Of a DNA stretch of 64,000 bases, positions 62,046 to 64,000 are shown in pieces. The translations under genes and the position numbers were made by a program. Under the pieces are notes generated by a model. The model did not search any database, was not told the origin of the DNA, and was given only the letters and a program-made list of their open reading frames with translations. The stretch comes from Chiloscyllium plagiosum (lineage: Eukaryota), in NCBI RefSeq assembly GCF_004010195.1, contig NC_057718.1, positions 87,319,352-87,383,351 of the forward strand, given 5' to 3'. Position 1 is the stretch's first letter. Each line of letters opens with the position of its first letter.

Positions 62046-62649
62046 TGAAGCCTCTACAGCCTGATTTCCAACCCTCACTAACATTGAAATGCCCAGATTG
62101 AGTTAATGTTCTCTGACAATGGTGCATTGACTGCTGTATCCTCTGAATTAACTATCATTATCCTTCCTCCTCTTCCTGTGTTGCTCAACATAATGAAATT
62201 ACCCTCACTTAGTTCTGCTAGTACCCTATATGATCTTCACCATAAAATCTTTATTCACGGATCCAAGGCTGCTGCTCATTTACATACTTTGCCATATCAT
62301 CCACTGACATTGTCTTAGCATCCACTTATATTCCAATAACCTTCAGTTCTTTTTTACCTTTGAACTGAACCTATCTTCCACCTTATTTGATCCACTAAAC
62401 TAAACTTGACTTTTTGCAACCCATGCACACCCTCTTTTGTACTAAACTGTGCTTCCAATTTCAGGCGTTCATCACAAAGGTAACTTCCCCTCTTACCTTG
62501 GTCCACTTGCTTTTGAAACACTCATTCAATTCTGCTCTTAACTACAACATACACATTTTTGACAGGCATTTCATGCTGTATCCTCCATGAACTAGTTTGT
62601 CTAAAACCCATTTGCAGATATCCATGCCATATCGTAACACTAGATGATG

Positions 62650-62980
62650 TCCTACTGGTATTGTTGCTCGATTATTAATTCAGAAACTTGGCTAATGTTT
62701 TGGGGACCCAGATTTGAATCCCACCATGATAGATGGTTGTAAGAATCAAACCATTGTCAAATGTTGGAAGAACCCTTCTGGTTCACTGACTTGCTTTCGG
62801 CGAGAAAATTTGCATTTGAACTTGGTCTGACTTATATATGACTTCAGAGCCACAGCAATGTGACTCTCAACTGCCCTCTGAATTGGCCTAGCAAGCTATT
62901 CTGTTCGAGGGCTGCTAGGGATAGCTAATAAATATTGGCCAGTCAACAACACCCACATTACACAAGTGAATAAAATAAAA
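62650..62980 (+). mobile_element. SINE with LINE-derived tail (same family as 11325-11970)
   Basis: ttattaattcagaa...gacccagatttgaatcccaccatg...ctgccctctgaattggcctagcaagc...agggatagctaataaatattggcc. Confidence 0.7.
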
Positions 62981-63014
62981 ATCATATCTCACTTGCCTAT
63001 GACCTCTAACTTTG

Positions 63015-63172
63015 CCATAGAATTCCTACAGTGTGGGAACAGGCCCTTCAGCCCAACAAGGCCACACCGACTCTTTGAAGAGTAACTCAACCCAAACCCA
63101 TTCCCTTACAATGACCCCTGACTAATGCACCGAACTTACACATTCCTGAACACTATATGGACAATTTTGCAT
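63015..63172 (-). mobile_element. HE1-type SINE 3' fragment
   Basis: catagaattcctacagtgtgggaacaggcccttcagcccaacaag matches the SINE tail. Confidence 0.7.
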
Positions 63173-64000
63173 GTATTCCCCCAACTTACCATGTTTAAAA
63201 TTGTTAGGCTTTTTCAACTATCATTAGTAAGTCAACCCATGTTTTTCAGCCTTTTCCAATGCTGACATAACCTCTCTCCTCTGTTACCTGACCTGAGTCT
63301 CTTATGCCGCCTTCCTCCTGCTCCTTTTGCCTAAACCATCTTGGATCAATACATCAGAACTCCCTTTCTAAACACCGATATTCCCTCTGTATTTCACAAA
63401 ACAATCTACATGACCAAGCTGTTGGCCATCCACACTTCTAACCTCTTCCTTACTGTTCCTTTTTCCCTTTTTGTGCTCTCAAGTGCCTGGTGACATTTTT
63501 TTTTAAAAGTGCTACATAAATGCAAGTTTTCTGTGGTTGTGTTTTGAGAGATTGATGCCCAATCAATTGGCCTGTCTGAATGCTGCCTGGCTAGCTTTTG
63601 TTGATGGTTGGTTGATCAATTGGAATACTATCTGCTATTATTTCACTGCTTGGGTTTGGTTTATAACACTAAAGTATTGCAACTACTTTTTATTCCTCTT
63701 TTGCAGCTAAGATTTGTGCCTGGGTACTTGTACCTAAAATGATGCCATAAAAGGTTACTTTGTAAAACTTTTCACTGTACTCTATACTTGAGTACACATG
63801 AGAATAAAGGATGTTCTATACTAATCTTGCGATTGGTTATATGCCACATTTTTGAATTAATTCTCTTTCAGCTGGATTAAATTGCATCAGCCTGAGAAAC
63901 TAGCTGAATTAAGTTGTTGTTGTTAAAAGTTGCTCTTTGTGCAAGTTGTAATCTTTGTTAGTTTTGTACTGTGTGAAATCTTTACACAACCATGTTTTTT

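Overview
Eukaryotic, repeat-rich vertebrate DNA, almost certainly from a shark: it carries HE1/V-SINE-type SINEs, Deu-domain-type SINEs, CR1/HER1-type LINEs and Penelope-like elements. The whole window lies inside one + strand gene, tomosyn-1 (STXBP5). Three small WD40-region coding exons missed by the ORF track are present (2102-2183, 8393-8493, 59456-59590). They are separated by introns of about 6.2 kb and 51 kb, and a U12 (minor-spliceosome) type branch point precedes the first exon. The introns are mostly transposon relics. The most notable system is a set of young fold-back (palindromic) Penelope-like retroelement insertions from two families. They have 12-14 bp target-site duplications, an asymmetric ~35-38 nt tail on one arm, and minimal type I hammerhead ribozyme motifs, at least one with a fully intact core and stems. 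Other features are a 5.2 kb zero-variant 25-bp tandem array that generates the three spurious ~1780-aa ORFs and may be an assembly artefact, a solo LTR with a 4-bp TSD, an inverted pair of TA-targeting MITEs bracketing a symmetric exon, an internally deleted CR1, and a cryptic degenerate repeat of about 2.5 kb. Boundaries of old repeats are approximate. Family names come from recognition, not from database searches.
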